DNA of 63,003 nt, the filler included, from Choristocarpus tenellus KU-1152 (taxonomy: Eukaryota; Protista; Phaeophyceae): NCBI GenBank assembly GCA_964200185.2. It is 11 parts of 11 records of this genome, joined end to end, with 100 filler letters (N's around TTAATTAATTAA, not from the genome) between each part and the next. Parts side by side here need not be neighbours in the genome. Positions count along the whole stretch, not along the records: positions 23,445 to 29,956 come from CAXNAD020007975.1; positions 30,057 to 42,547 come from CAXNAD020001817.1; 9 more parts are not named here. One strand, written 5' to 3'. Shown piece by piece: positions 23,507-36,400 of this stretch. The translations under genes were made by a program, and so were the position numbers. Each line of letters starts with the position of its first letter. The first letter of the stretch is position 1. Under the pieces are notes generated by a model, which was given only the letters and a program-made list of their open reading frames with translations, was not told the DNA's origin and did not search any database.

Positions 23507-26500
23507 TTGCTGTGACGCAAAAATGCTTGTTGACCAAGAACAAGGTGACAAGGGCCTTAATTTATTACCGAACGATATTGAGGCAGGTCCAGCATCGGAT
23601 TTGGGGGATGAGGCGGAACAGCGAGCAGTGAAGTAGCTAGTATGAGAAATAGTGCAAAGTGTGGTGCCTCCCACCACAGGTCGGGATAGTCCCTAAACTA
23701 GACTAGATACGTTACAATATAAATGTGTCTTTGGAGTGGCTCATTGATTGGTGCTCTTTGGGGGGACGTCATCATCAGCACTATAAACAATACAGGTCAA
23801 TATTGCGACATGTTTGAGATGTTGTGCCATGCGTCTGCACCATCACAAGGTATGGCTACCGACTAAGCACCTGTACATAAAATAGTGATGTAGGGTGGTG
23901 AGATTTCTTCTTCATGGAGAAGAGTGTACCTCTGCCTTTCTTTTTCTTTGCCTCTCAGCCCCAACTTTAGAATCTATGCTTACTTGCGTAGATAACTAAT
24001 TCTGCGTATTAATGGTGCACACATTTGTTGATATATATATATGTGTATTGTTATTTTGCCATTATCGATCATGGGTGTTCAGTCACTATGTCGTATGCCC
24101 ATAATAATAACTATGTTGCTTCTTTCCCTCCAGTGGCAACATATTATGCAGACTGTTAAGAGAGCATACAGACATGTACCAACTAATATCATGAGTATAA
24201 ACACACTTTACACTTTGTGTTGTTAGAGCTGGACCTACCTGCTTCCCAACACTTACTTTTTATCTTCATTGTAGTGCCCTCGGATGGATAAGGTTGACTG
24301 ACCCTCCGGATGAGATGTTACCCATTCTGTATCGTGTGGCTAACTGCATACAGTTATTAGCATCAAGATAATACATTCAACAAATACTTGTAGATCACAA
24401 GATATGGGTTGTAGGGAGTGTCACCTGTCACCAATAAGAACACTACAGGGTCCTGAGTCTCTGCTACAAGAAGGGGTGTTTGAGGGGTGCACAGCGTCCT
24501 CTCCCTTATTGCAATTGATGGTGATTGTTGTACATCTTCTGACAAGGACACTCCTTTCCGCATGATGTGTGCCACAGAGGGAGGAGGGACTCTCAGCACA
24601 ACAAAAAATGACACATTTTTTGTAGTCTGGTCTCTTGTACGACACCTTTTTTTCCTTTCGTAAACATAAAGTGTTAAAAGTGGGAAGAATAGTATGGATG
24701 AACCCGCAAATTGGCTCAAGAGAAGTTTACGAGGGAACGACTGAGAGTTTTGCCTTCTAGTAACGTCTCCATATATATGCGACAACCAGTGAATTTCAAT
24801 ATTATTTGTCCAATATCCATGTTTCGACATTCGAGGGCAAGGGCAGGGTGGTTGGGATATGACACAAGTGGGATTTCAATACATCTGTTGTCAAGACAGT
24901 GTCATCATTTCTACACCATACGAAAAACCTGACCGAGATTGGGGGGTCCACAATCTGAACTACTTCATCAGGGAAAGTTCCAAAGGAGACGGGATAGGAT
25001 CTGCAGTACATCCACTAGTTGTCCACTTAGTCGTTTTAATCATGCTCCAATTCAATAAACTACTTTCACCTCCAGAGAGTCTACCACTCAACAACTGCCC
25101 TATTTTGCTCCTGTTACACAGAGGAGGCTAAGGGATCCACTCCCTCAATCGATGGCACTTTCAACTTTGTAGTATTGATGCCCTTACAGTACCGCTGGTG
25201 ACCGCAAACTGCAAGGATTGCGATTTCATTGATCGTGATTCCCCAGTGACAGCTTTTTAATAGGGAACAGGACTGAAAGGCAAGCAGACAGACTGGAATC
25301 GGTCAGTGGAGGTGAGAAACTTCACTGTTGAACTTGCTCTTCTTGGTACTGTGCATGTAGTATCACGCATGTGTGTTGCCCAATGAAAAGAAACTGAAGC
25401 AAGCACCAAAGCCTATTTAACAAAATGTAAATCTAGCGCAGGCATCAATCAAACCGATCCGATATTTTGAAGCCGTTACTTAAATCTTCAACGCTCACTA
25501 TTGAGGAGTGTTTTTTTTTGCGAGAAGTCTCTGTTTAACAACGGCGATCTTGAAGAAAAATCACACATTAAAAGAGAGCATAGCCTGGAACTACACAGAC
25601 AGCATGCTCGACCAAATACTCCCTCACAAGTATATTGTCTACCCGACTAGCCATTCTATGAATCAGCGCTTACACAAGCATGCACACCATGTGGTGCTGT
25701 TCATGGGAGCACTTTGCCTTCCTGATGATCAATTGATGAGGTCATTGGCAACGCAGCAACATTCATTTTGTGAGTGCCTTAGCCAGGACTTCTCCTGAGA
25801 ACCCTCTTCCACAAGAGAACAATAAGCCAACAACACCAGTCCCTTCTCCCTTCCTACCTACCTTGGCCACTAAAAATAAAGTATCATTACTTCATTTCAC
25901 AAAAAAATTGCAAGATAAAAAAAAAGAGCCCTAGATAATGCCAAAGTAAGAGATCATTATAGTGTTGATGCATTTAGAAACATAACCTCTACCAGCAATG
26001 TTGGGCGTACTCATCATGAGGATCATTTATCATAGCATGCCTATTCTTAAAAGAAGAGACCACAACGTAAGACTCACACAGTCTATCACATGCACTTCAG
26101 TCTTAGCTATTGACTTCTCTTGTACACACCTCGTTTTGCATTCAACTCTCTGCTCTGTAGGGCGTACATCAAGGAGGTACGTAAGTTCGGTTCTACTCAT
26201 TAAATTGGATGCCATCCCTGTCCAAGAGAATGAGGTCCTCATGTTCACCCTACTTCAGTTCCAGGGAAATTGGGAACAGAGGCAAACACCGAGTGAAAAT
26301 CTAAGGTTCCGGTAAGGCCTCAAAGAATCACATCGCAAATAATGGCAGGAGACATGCTTCTACCAAAAGCTTTCCCATTTATGGGAGAAGACAAGCCTGT
26401 TTGCTATACATAAGAAGAATCCGGTACAGAAGTCAAGGGAAGCAGGCCACAGGAGAAGTAAACCAGCTCAATCAGAATCCTTGAGGCATGATTTTACTCC

Positions 26501-26759
26501 TCCCTCAACTTTCTTTCTCCTTTGAGTAATCAGAAAACCAAGAAAGGAGATGCTCGTCAACCAAGTCTCTCTTAGAGTGCTGTGTGTTCCCCAGCATTAA
26601 GGCCATTTATAAGAGAGATGCATGCACATCAAACAGGGAATCAGGCTGGAATATATGAACTCTTCAATGGTGCCTTCCACAAATTCAGTGTTCCGTGGCC
26701 ATTGTTGCTGCTGAACCTACCATCTGTGCCTCATATGTAATGAGGAGGGGACCAGAGAG

Positions 26760-27796
26760 TTACTGTCCGAGGGGCTGCTGTATGAACTGTTAATAGGTGA
26801 CAAGAGACAGAGTCGGTAGGTAGATCGGGAGGGGGTCAACTTGGCAGCAGTAGAGTGTATCAAACGAGAAACTAATCCTAGGAAACATGGTTGCCAAGTG
26901 TGGATTCAATTATCTAAGTTTATATCAACTTTGTTGGTAGGAGGGGAGAGAGGGACAGTAATACTCCAGCAAGAAACCTTGAGAGCGACGGATTACTCTC
27001 CTACATTGTTTTCAGTTTTTCTCATCGTCACCTCATAAGCGTTGCCATCTAAATCTCGGCAAAAGAGTGCTGCTCTCCCACTCTTGGACATGGTATAGGC
27101 TACACCCGCCTCATCTAGGCGGATTTTGAGGGGGCTGAGGTCATCGATAGTGAACGCAACGTGTCGATCTCGCCCGCCGTGTTCTGGTCTTCCCGATGTG
27201 GGATCAGGGTTGGGGAGCTCCATCAAGTGTATCTGTATTTTCAGCAACGTAGTGTCAGGGAGAATTTGGGGCGACAAGCTAAAGGGCGTCGAAGGATGAG
27301 TTAGCAAGGAAGGAAATATCACGACCAAAATCCAGGATGGAAATGAGGAGAAGAGACCCAACCTGGGTGGTACCCGCTCGGACGAAGGCACCCTGAAAGG
27401 GAAGCTTGTCATCTGGTCGAAGAGTTGAATCGTCTTCGAATCCAAGGACATTGATGTAAAAGTCCTGTGGTGGTACAGAAAGTCAGAGAGTCCGTGAGAA
27501 TATCGTACTCAAATCGTTTGGTTGAACCTTTAGTCCAAATAGCAGGGCAAGCGCAAGAACTAGCAACTATGAGCAAAGAAAGGAAAAATCAAACCCTTTT
27601 AATCATAGGTATCCACCTTTGATGCCCGTGTGTCGCTCACAATCACACCAGCGTGTTGAATGCCTCCAAACGACATTTTCATCGATGATGTAGACATGAC
27701 GCTACTTCCCAGCGGTGATGGCAGAACGAAAGCATTGCCTTCCCTCAATAGAGCAGCAGCCCCCAGCACAGTGCAGGCCGCTGCACAGAACCGCAT
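26760..27796 (-). CDS. Glyoxalase/bleomycin-resistance (VOC) family protein, probably plastid-targeted, complete. Exons 27796-27617, 27464-27363, 27232-27032, 26786-26760
   Basis: Four phase-0 exons give IQHAGVIVSDTRASKDFYINVLGF...QIHLMELPNPDP...GGRDRHVAFTI...SGRAALFCRDLDGNAYEFIQQPLGQ*. The N-terminus has a signal peptide, a GNA-FV (ASAF-like) site and a Ser-rich transit peptide. Confidence 0.92.
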
Positions 27797-28074
27797 GCTT
27801 TCAGATTATCCCTCAGCGAAATGAAAGAGAAAGAACTGGTATAGATGAAAAGGGTGATGTAAGCAATTGAAATTGAAACAAGGGGATGATGATGAAATAC
27901 AAACAGTATGTGAGTTATAACCTGAAATATACGGTATCGAATTTGACGTCCTCTCCAAACCAACATCGAAGGATATCCCTCAAAAGAACTACTTGGCAAG
28001 GCCCACACAGACATCGATTTCCCCTGTGCGCCCCCTTAATCTTATAGATTTACTGGTCCACTGTGTTATTTTCC
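27797..28074. promoter_or_regulatory. Putative bidirectional promoter
   Basis: Only 278 bp separate two divergent ATGs within one contig. Confidence 0.5.
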
Positions 28075-29595
28075 ATGGGCGATGGAGAATCTCCCGCAGC
28101 GGAGTGCGTTCCCTCTAAGAACGATGACATTTCGCGGCCAGATATGGACGAGGAGCATAAAGCTTTGCAAAGTGCAATACACCTTCTGGACGAGGAGCTG
28201 GACGAGTTGGACAAGCTCTTGAGACTTCAGCAGAGGAAGGTTAATGCCCTACAGCGTTTACGTGAGCAATACGTATCGGGGGAAAGGTGCGGTCCTGTAT
28301 TCCTGACTTTGAAATCTTAAGCCACCTAATACAAGGCAATACTAAGTGAATTAGTAGTAGTTGGTTTACCTTTGCCTTGAACCCATGAACCTCGCCCATC
28401 CTGGCCAAAGCAATGAATTTACCTTTCCTGATGATTCCAGGAAGCTCTCAGTGTTACCCGTGGATTTGCAAGGAGTCATATCTGATGTGGAGGCCCAACA
28501 ACAGGTTGGTTGGCAAGAGGTGTGTGTATAACTTCAATGATGAATGTCATTGTTTGTTGGTGATACATAGATGGCGTTGTGGCAATGCATCTGAGCAACA
28601 AGGCTCTCCCTCTTCCATGTCTCACGAGGTCAATGGATTAGTCCACTAAGTTCAGGCCGAATCGTTCCCATCCGTACTTGCAGATTCCCCTGACTAGGGT
28701 ACGACCAGAGCTCACACTATTCGAGAACCACATGGTGCCCTACGTTACCATGCCCTTGGTCCAACAAACTGTGGCAGTAAAGATGTTGACGTTTCGTCTG
28801 AGAAGCTCCAGGGGTAGAGATAGGCCAACGCCAAAAAAATCACTACATAACGACAAATCAGGTGTGCTCAAGTCTCGGTTGCTGACGGGGTGTAGGGTAG
28901 ATGCCGAGCTCTCATATCGATTGAAATGACCGGAATGCTGTACATTAGTAAACACGAAGTGGCTTCATGTATTGTACCCGAACGCCCCCTTATCTTGCGC
29001 TTGAACCCGTGAACCCAATAATCCTAGGATTCGTCAATGTACTTGCCATTGCGTTGTCCAATGGTACCATACGCTTCCATGACACTGAAGGAGAGGAGGC
29101 GTTGGTTCATGAAGCTGGGCACCATGGGGGACGTATTGTGGCCATGAGCGGAGATGTTTCTGAAGATCCAGTACTCGTCACGTCCGCCTCTGATGGCACA
29201 ATCCACGTTCATGAGTTATCTGTCTGGTTCAAGGGGAGGAAGGTTGCTGGTCCTAGCGGACCCCGTGGGAAGAAGAGCAAGAGTCATGGAGCAGAGAGGG
29301 TGACGGAGAATTTTCACAGCAATGTTGATGGAACAGCAGAAGTTGTAGGGGCATCCAATGGGCCAGACAGGGCTTTGCCACCAGCAGGGACTACTGCTGG
29401 CTTGGCGCTTAGGGTGGACTTTAGGATGTGCATAGGTCACTCTTGTGGAAATATGAGAGAGGAACAGAAGGCACAGGTGGCAAAAGCAGCTGAAACAGGG
29501 TCAGAGGCGAAGGATGAGCAAGTTGAAGGGAACAAAAACGATATTCGAATGCATCCCTCGGTTGCAGTCAGCTTGGATACATATTACCACAGAAC
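28075..29595 (+). CDS. Coiled-coil plus WD40-like beta-propeller protein, 5' part. Exons 28075-28286, 28441-28504, 28684-28861, 29028-29595
   Basis: AG/GT exons with consistent phases (2, 0, 1). VLAIALSNGTIRFHD and LVTSASDGTIHVHE look like WD40 strands, and the N-terminal LDEELDELDKLLRLQQRKVNAL is a coiled coil. Confidence 0.75.
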
Positions 29596-30056
29596 GTGAG
29601 AGTCCACCAACCAATCGATTTGCTCCTTTCTTGCTCTGTGGATGTGTGAAGTGCTTTTGTCTCGTGGAGGATTGTGCACACATGGAATGATTCGTTAAAA
29701 TACGTGTCTCGTTTGCTTGGAAAGAGGACGGTGTGGGCGGGAAGAGGGGGTGAGGGCTGGGATACTACCGTGTATCTGCAGGAAGGCGTTATTTTATTGA
29801 GCATGCTGACCTATGTGTGACTGCTATTTTCTGCACAGTAGAGGGGGAAGAAAATCCCTTGTGGCATGCCTCGCTCTGCCACTCTTACTGAGGGATGGGG
29901 GGGGGGGGGGAAGAAAAGGGAGGGGGTCGCCTCTCCGCCCCCCGGGCTGCCTTTAANNNNNNNNNNNNNNNNNNNNNNNNNNNNNNNNNNNNNNNNNNNN
30001 TTAATTAATTAANNNNNNNNNNNNNNNNNNNNNNNNNNNNNNNNNNNNNNNNNNNN

Positions 30057-30145
30057 CCAAAAGGACAGCCATCCCCCCCCCCAGGTACTTTGAGCCAGGG
30101 TCAAAAACGGACGCCGGCACCCCCCCCCCCCAGATACTTTGACCC
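30057..30145. mobile_element. Two tandem MITE family B termini (30057-30096, 30098-30145)
   Basis: Each is GGAC...polyC-AG[AG]TACTTTGA[GC]CC. Confidence 0.8.
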
Positions 30146-30389
30146 TGTCCGTTTGGGGCTTGGCTTTCAATGGGATTTTATGACATTTTCCTACTCTGAA
30201 ACGTTTCGAAGTAGGAAAAACGTAGGCATTTTGGAGTAGGTATAATGTAAAAAACTATTAAAAGTTGTGTCCGAAACAAGGACAATGACACTTCTCAACA
30301 AACACAATAGCCAAAATTGCATCAAACTTGCAACATTGGATTTTGGACCCCAAACCGACACGGCCCTACCCTCTAAGGTGTTTTGAATC
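30146..30389 (-). mobile_element. MITE family A, interrupted by a B element
   Basis: A interior from TGTCCGTTTGGGGCTTGG to TACCCTCTAAGGTGTTTTGAATC. Confidence 0.85.
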
Positions 30390-30419
30390 AAGTGGACACT
30401 TGTCTGACACCTTGGGTAC

Positions 30420-33400
30420 CTTTCTTTAGCCCTGAGGCTGTTTTCCCTGGTCTTGCTGGCTATTGCCCAAGTCCTTTCAAGTAGATGTGCATCTTTGGTC
30501 CTTTTTCCTAGCTTCTTTTTCTCCTTGCTTTTCTTGATTTTGTACCTGGATGGTGGGTATCCACCAGATTGAGGTTGTGATTTGTGCTTTTGCAGTCCAG
30601 AAGGTGGAGGTGGGGTGACTTCAGTAGTGAGTCAAAGTACATGAGAGGTATTCAAGTTTTGACCTTTCTGTGTTTTACGTACCTCTTTTCATCTTTAGTG
30701 CTAACTCTAACCCTAACCCTAACCCTAACCTTTTTTCTATGGATGAATTTCTAAGATTGACTTGATTGAATTTATTTCTCTATTATTAGGAACATTTCAA
30801 CACAGAAATTCAAAAAACCCTGTACACACTTGTACAGAAAAACCGAATTTTGAAGATTTGCGAACGTGTTTAAAACGCAGCCCTGGGTAAATCTCGTTTG
30901 CTCTAGTTCGGTAGTAGCAGTAGTGATAGTAGTGATAGTAGTGATAGTAGTAGTGATAGTAGTAGTGATAGTAGGGATAGTAGTAGCAGTGGTAGTAGTA
31001 GTAGCGGTAGTGGTAGTAGCAGCAGTACTAGTAGTACTAGTAGTGATGATGATGATGATGATGATGGTACAGACAATGAGATGGGGAGATAAGGGACATT
31101 GTATACACAGTAACAGTATCAAATGTAGAATAGAATAGTCGTACTACATGGCATTAAGCCGAGAGAGTGCCATGTCCCTGCAAATAGCCCCTAACCCTTA
31201 AACCTTGGTGTCACACTCAGTAGGAAATCTCTATGCCCCCCTGAAAGCGAGAGAATAGTGTAGCATTAAGTTGTTGGGCACAACCAGTAAGTAGGAGAAG
31301 CAGGTCTTCTACCCAAGGTTTGGCCAATTGGCTGAAGGGACATTCACTAACGTTTGTGTGTATGTGTGTGTGTCAGATTCAGTAGGAAATCTCTATGTCC
31401 CCCTGAAAGCTAAGAGAATAGTCTAGCATTAAGGTATTGGGCCCCACCAGTAAGTAGGAGAAGCATGTCTTCTATGCGAGGTTGGGCCAATTGACTGAAG
31501 GGACATTCACTAACTTTTTGTGTATGTATGTGTGTGTGTGAGAGAGAGAGAGAGGTTTTATGTAGAACGCAATTGAAGCAACGGTCAAAGTTGTTTCTCA
31601 CTTTTCCCTTAGGCTGCTCTCCCCAACAAAGAGCAGCTCTCTTTGTATGGCCTTGTTGTGAACAGGTATGCCATAGCGGGTAATCTCATACCCCCGAAGT
31701 ATGTCTGCAACGTCCACAGACTGCAGTATGAAAGTCCATCCCTCCTTGGCTTCTCCTGCCACCTCCTGAACATCCACTTGCTCAACCTCCACATCTTCTG
31801 TTTCTTCAAAGGAGAACCCCTTCCCCTCTTGTTCTTTTCCAACTTCTTCTGACCCATGGTCTGATTCTGTCCCACTCTGAACCAATGCTGGTGCAGGAAC
31901 CAAACTCCCCACGTTCCCCACAACCTCTTGACCAACCTCTGAACTTAACCCCACCTGACCTGCAACCATTCTATTGACTTCTCTCTCTGCACCTTCACTT
32001 GGTAAGCTTGTGGTGTCCACCTTGCCTTTCATATAGTCAGTCTCTCCTACCACCTCCTCCTGAATGCCTTTCCTAGCCTGATATTCTCCTGTCATTGTCA
32101 TCTGTGCGGTTGTCTGTCTCTCTTGTGAGCGTGTTTTTTTGTAGATCACCTGATCAGTCGAAACCTGAGGTTTGTTGCAGTAGTGGAAGAGATTATTGGG
32201 TAGGTCGTGTGAATCTTTCATATCGATTCGCAATAGCTAGGTCTGGGAAATTTTGAACTCTTCGTGTAGGTAAGCTTCATAGTATAGATTGAGTTTGTCA
32301 GGATGGATTGTTCATTTAGTGTGGGCTTGGGCAAGTACTGGAAAGGAGGCTGGGAATTTATCTGTTCTGTGGAGGGAGAGAGTCGATGCTCAGCCAGCAA
32401 CTCCTCTTGAAGCACCTAATCCCTTCCTTAGTAGCATATGTCACTATCACCACAAACGTCTGTTGTGGTTAAAATCCTCATACCTTGTTCTCCTCGGCCT
32501 CCCTCTTTTCGGTAGCCTCTTTCTCCAAGAGCATGGTGGCCACCTGGCAATCTGCCATGGCTCTATCAAACTGCCCGAGGTTGTTTCTAGCAGAAGCCAA
32601 AGGCACCCGGATCTAGATTTTGGCAATGCAAGAAAGGATTAGACTTGGAGGGAATAGATGCAGCTTGAGATATTACACCAGACCCAAAGCATCTTAGAGG
32701 GTAGAGCCGCGTCCATTTGGGGGCAAAAATCCAATGTTGCGATTTTGATGTAATTTTGGCTATCATGTTTGTTAGCAAGTGTCAATACCCTTGTTCCGGG
32801 CACACTTTTCACAGTCATATACATTTTAGGAAACTGTGTTCACACAGAAACCAAAAAAGGGCATAAGAAACCTGATGGAAGCCAAGCTCCAAACGAACAA
32901 GCAGGGAAAAACTCTTACCCTATCAAATATTTTGGGTCACTATCGCAGTGGGAAGAGTGTGGGAGGAGGGGGGGAACAAAAGTTCCTTTGTGACACTTTG
33001 ATGATATAGGTGAGGGAGAGGATATGAGGATGCTGCAAGACGCACAAGGGAGGTATGTAAATTAGCCTTTGTGAAAGAACTTGAATTGTTTATCTGAATG
33101 GAGAAATTAAATGTGTTCATAGTGAGTGCAGCTCATACAATATAGGCACCATTGGTGGTTGGGAAAGTCCAAGGGCCTACTTACTGGTAGGGTGTGGTGT
33201 TCAACAGCCGTTACAGTTAAGTGTTCTATTCTAATAATGGATATAATGAGTTATGATGTGAGAGATGGGTAACCCATATGGAAAATCCTAAGTACCACAT
33301 GGTAGCATAGTAGTATTTGCCTTGTGTCTCTCCTCCCCTTAAAAATCACATGTCATTCTTTGGGAGCAAGACAACATAGCTAAGGGATCGAATACATAAC

Positions 33401-36400
33401 CAAAATATTCAACTTTGTTCCCTTACATTACCCCACTATGTTTACTGGAAGAAGAGCATAGGGAATATTCGACAAGGTGATGGATTTTACATAAAGATAT
33501 TTTTCTTTTTTTATGTGATTTCAGTGGTCAACAGGTCAAGAATATATCTCAGTATGAGACTATCATATTGTTGCATTGGAGCACATCGGCCAGTGTCAGC
33601 TGTACTCTGTACTGTACCGTAATTGGAAGGGAGGTGCAAACAAAACCCTAAGAATGATGGCAACTACGAGACAAAGAACTAGGCTGCCCCATACTTATCT
33701 GGTGCTAGGACTAAGTCAAGCATGAGTCTCTATCGATGTCCTTGGTCACCAATTCACCACAGACCACTGCAGTGCTTCACGTTCAACAGGTTTAACCCTA
33801 AAAAAGGCTATGCCTAGTACCACAGTTCCCATTCCAACCCATTGAAGCATTTGCACTTATCTTGCTACACAACCAAATTGCTCTATTTCTCCCCTGATAG
33901 CCCAAAATAGCAAGCTTCTCTCATCCTACAAGCTTACCTGAGCACGACCCTTGACCCGAGAAACCACCAACTCTAGCTTGGATACAGCAAAGCCTGGATC
34001 CCCTGCCTTGAGGTGTGCTACTGCTTGCCCTACCAATACACCAGCTGGGATCCCAGGTGCACGACCCAGCTGCCCCAGCTGATCTGCTCGCCAGAACGCC
34101 TCTTTAGCCGCTTGAAGGTGGTATGCCTGAGCTTTCCTGAGAGGTGTGATTCTCCTCTCCTGATTAGGAACATATGCAGTGGGAGCAGAAATTGCTTGAG
34201 TGGTTGAGGGGGGATAATGGGAGAGTTGAGACAGAAATTTATCGATGGTAGTGGTACAATGTGCTGACTTTCTTGGGACCAAATTAGTAGTAGTACCACT
34301 TTGGTTGTGAGAACTTACAGGTAAGTCATATCAGGAGAAAGGACTGAGTGTGCGGTTTGTTCGCTTTCTCCAAAGTCTAAGATATGTAAGCCGTGTTCTA
34401 CAAGTGTGTGTGAATGCACTACGGACAAAAGCCTATTCTAAATAGGACTACAGAGGCTACTTGATGAGGTACTTCTATACTGGCAAATGGTATTGAGTCA
34501 AAGTATCTTAGAGGGCAGAGCCGTGTCCATTTGGGGGACAACATCCAATGTTACAATTTTGATATAATTTTGACTATCATGTTCGTTAGGAGATGTTAAT
34601 ATCCTTGTTCTGGACACTTCTTTTCATAACATAAATATTTTACCTACTCCGAAACATTTGGAGCAGGTAAAATTTCATCAAGAACCTGTGGGGAGCCAAG
34701 CCCTAAATGGACAAACAGGGTAAAATTCGTACCCTCTAAGATACTTTCATTCATTGCTTCTACCACACCTATCCCTTCAGGAACCAACACACACAATGCC
34801 AGACCCGCCCATGCCAATCTGTTAATAGATCACTGCAACTTCCCACAATTGTATCCATTAAGCTTTGCCACAGTGGTTTACAGCTGAGAAATCGTTCAAA
34901 CCCAACTACTCTGGTAGAAATATAATCGAGTAGTCAATATCCCGCAACCTCTTGGGAAGCACTGCCACCACCATCAGCAGAAGCACCACAGCCATTGCTA
35001 GGGTCGGTGGTTCGAGACTGTTCGTGTTTGATTTCTCCCAACAGCTCTTCTACTCTCCGGATGTGTGCAACTCCAAGATGCTGGTGGTGGAATGGGTCTA
35101 CACCCTGTGGACGTCCAATTGCCAGTATATCGGGGGTATCCATTGATTGCTCCCCTTCTGGCATGGAAGGTAACACAGTGTTGACAATTGCACTATCAAT
35201 TGAGTCAGCGCATATTGTCAGGTGATGCGTAGCCTCTGCCCAGGCCTTGGAGGTGGATTCATATATGTAAAATTAGGCGGGGGGATTACAGCAAGGAGGA
35301 GAGTGGTTGCAGAGTAAGAGACAACATTTTATTGATTGCAGGACTATAGCTATATTTTCTTGGTGAAAGGTAACTCAACATCCAGTAATGCCAGACTTGC
35401 GGAATTTCCTCAAATTTCATATGTCGAAGGTATTTTTTTGAAACGTAACGTTTTGGGCATATTGTGTTTCTTGTCCTCCTCATGTCCAGGCAAGACAATG
35501 AATATAGTAAGACGTTACACTCAGCAATAATAGTCAAACTTCATCACTGAATCATACTGTCAGCCTCCCCATGATAAACACACCTTGCTGTGGAAAGCCC
35601 TGTGTCCCTTCTCAGCGGCAGCCAGTAGGCTTGGCCATGGTCCTATCCTCTCTTGCATGGGGTTGCCATTCATGATGAGGTGCTGCAATCTTGGCCAATG
35701 TCGTGTTACCGGAGGTGGTGAATCCATAAGGTTCCTGGAGAGGTCAACATGCCACATCTTAGGTCCAAACAGTACAGTAACAAAAAAACCCCAATAACAA
35801 CAACAATAACAAGCAGGACAGGGCAGAAGGCAGGGAGAGAGGCAAAAGGGAAGGCGTCAATGTAAGGTCAAGTTCACAGGGGGTACAAGGGATCTTCTTT
35901 GCTTCCAAGACAAGTCAGAACTAGGACACATTGTCACTCCACCGGACAAACTGTCATGACATCCAACCTGTACAATCACAATCTGCTGTGCAGATGGAGA
36001 TAGGTTGCTAGAACGAAAAAAATCACTAGGTGGTGAGCGTTCTTCTGGAATGGACTTGTACTCTGAAGCACTCAGAGGGCGATTTCTAATGGGATGGAGT
36101 CATGAGCGAAAAGCGACATTTTCAATAACGAGATTGATTTAATCATTTCATCGAGCCAATGGGGTGTGTCTACCCTGCAACATACCCTTTCCCTCATTCT
36201 CAACATTTTGTTGTTAGCCCTAGACACCGTTTGACAATAATGATACCAACTGTAGGGAGCATTGCATCTTCCCAAAACCATTCTATGGGGAAATGTAGGA
36301 ATAAATGTCAGACCTACTAAACTGTGCAAAAGAGCAAGATATGATTAATTTTCTATCATAAAACCTACCTAAAAAAATCAACCTCGCTCAGCGGAGTGGC

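Noticed and set aside
25187-25351. CAGTACC...GGTACTG as a small pogo MITE
   Set aside because: Only a 7-bp inverted match, an imperfect TA duplication, and no second copy.
20874-27796. MUT plus a VOC-fold gene as a propionate-pathway cluster (methylmalonyl-CoA epimerase is VOC-fold)
   Set aside because: They are on different contigs separated by an artificial spacer, and the VOC protein has a plastid-type presequence.
30772-31138. Thr-rich and Val-rich ORFs
   Set aside because: These are translations of a trinucleotide microsatellite.
32218-32415. Apparent programmed frameshift in the LRR-TPR gene
   Set aside because: A phase-0 acceptor at 32236 removes the need for any frameshift.
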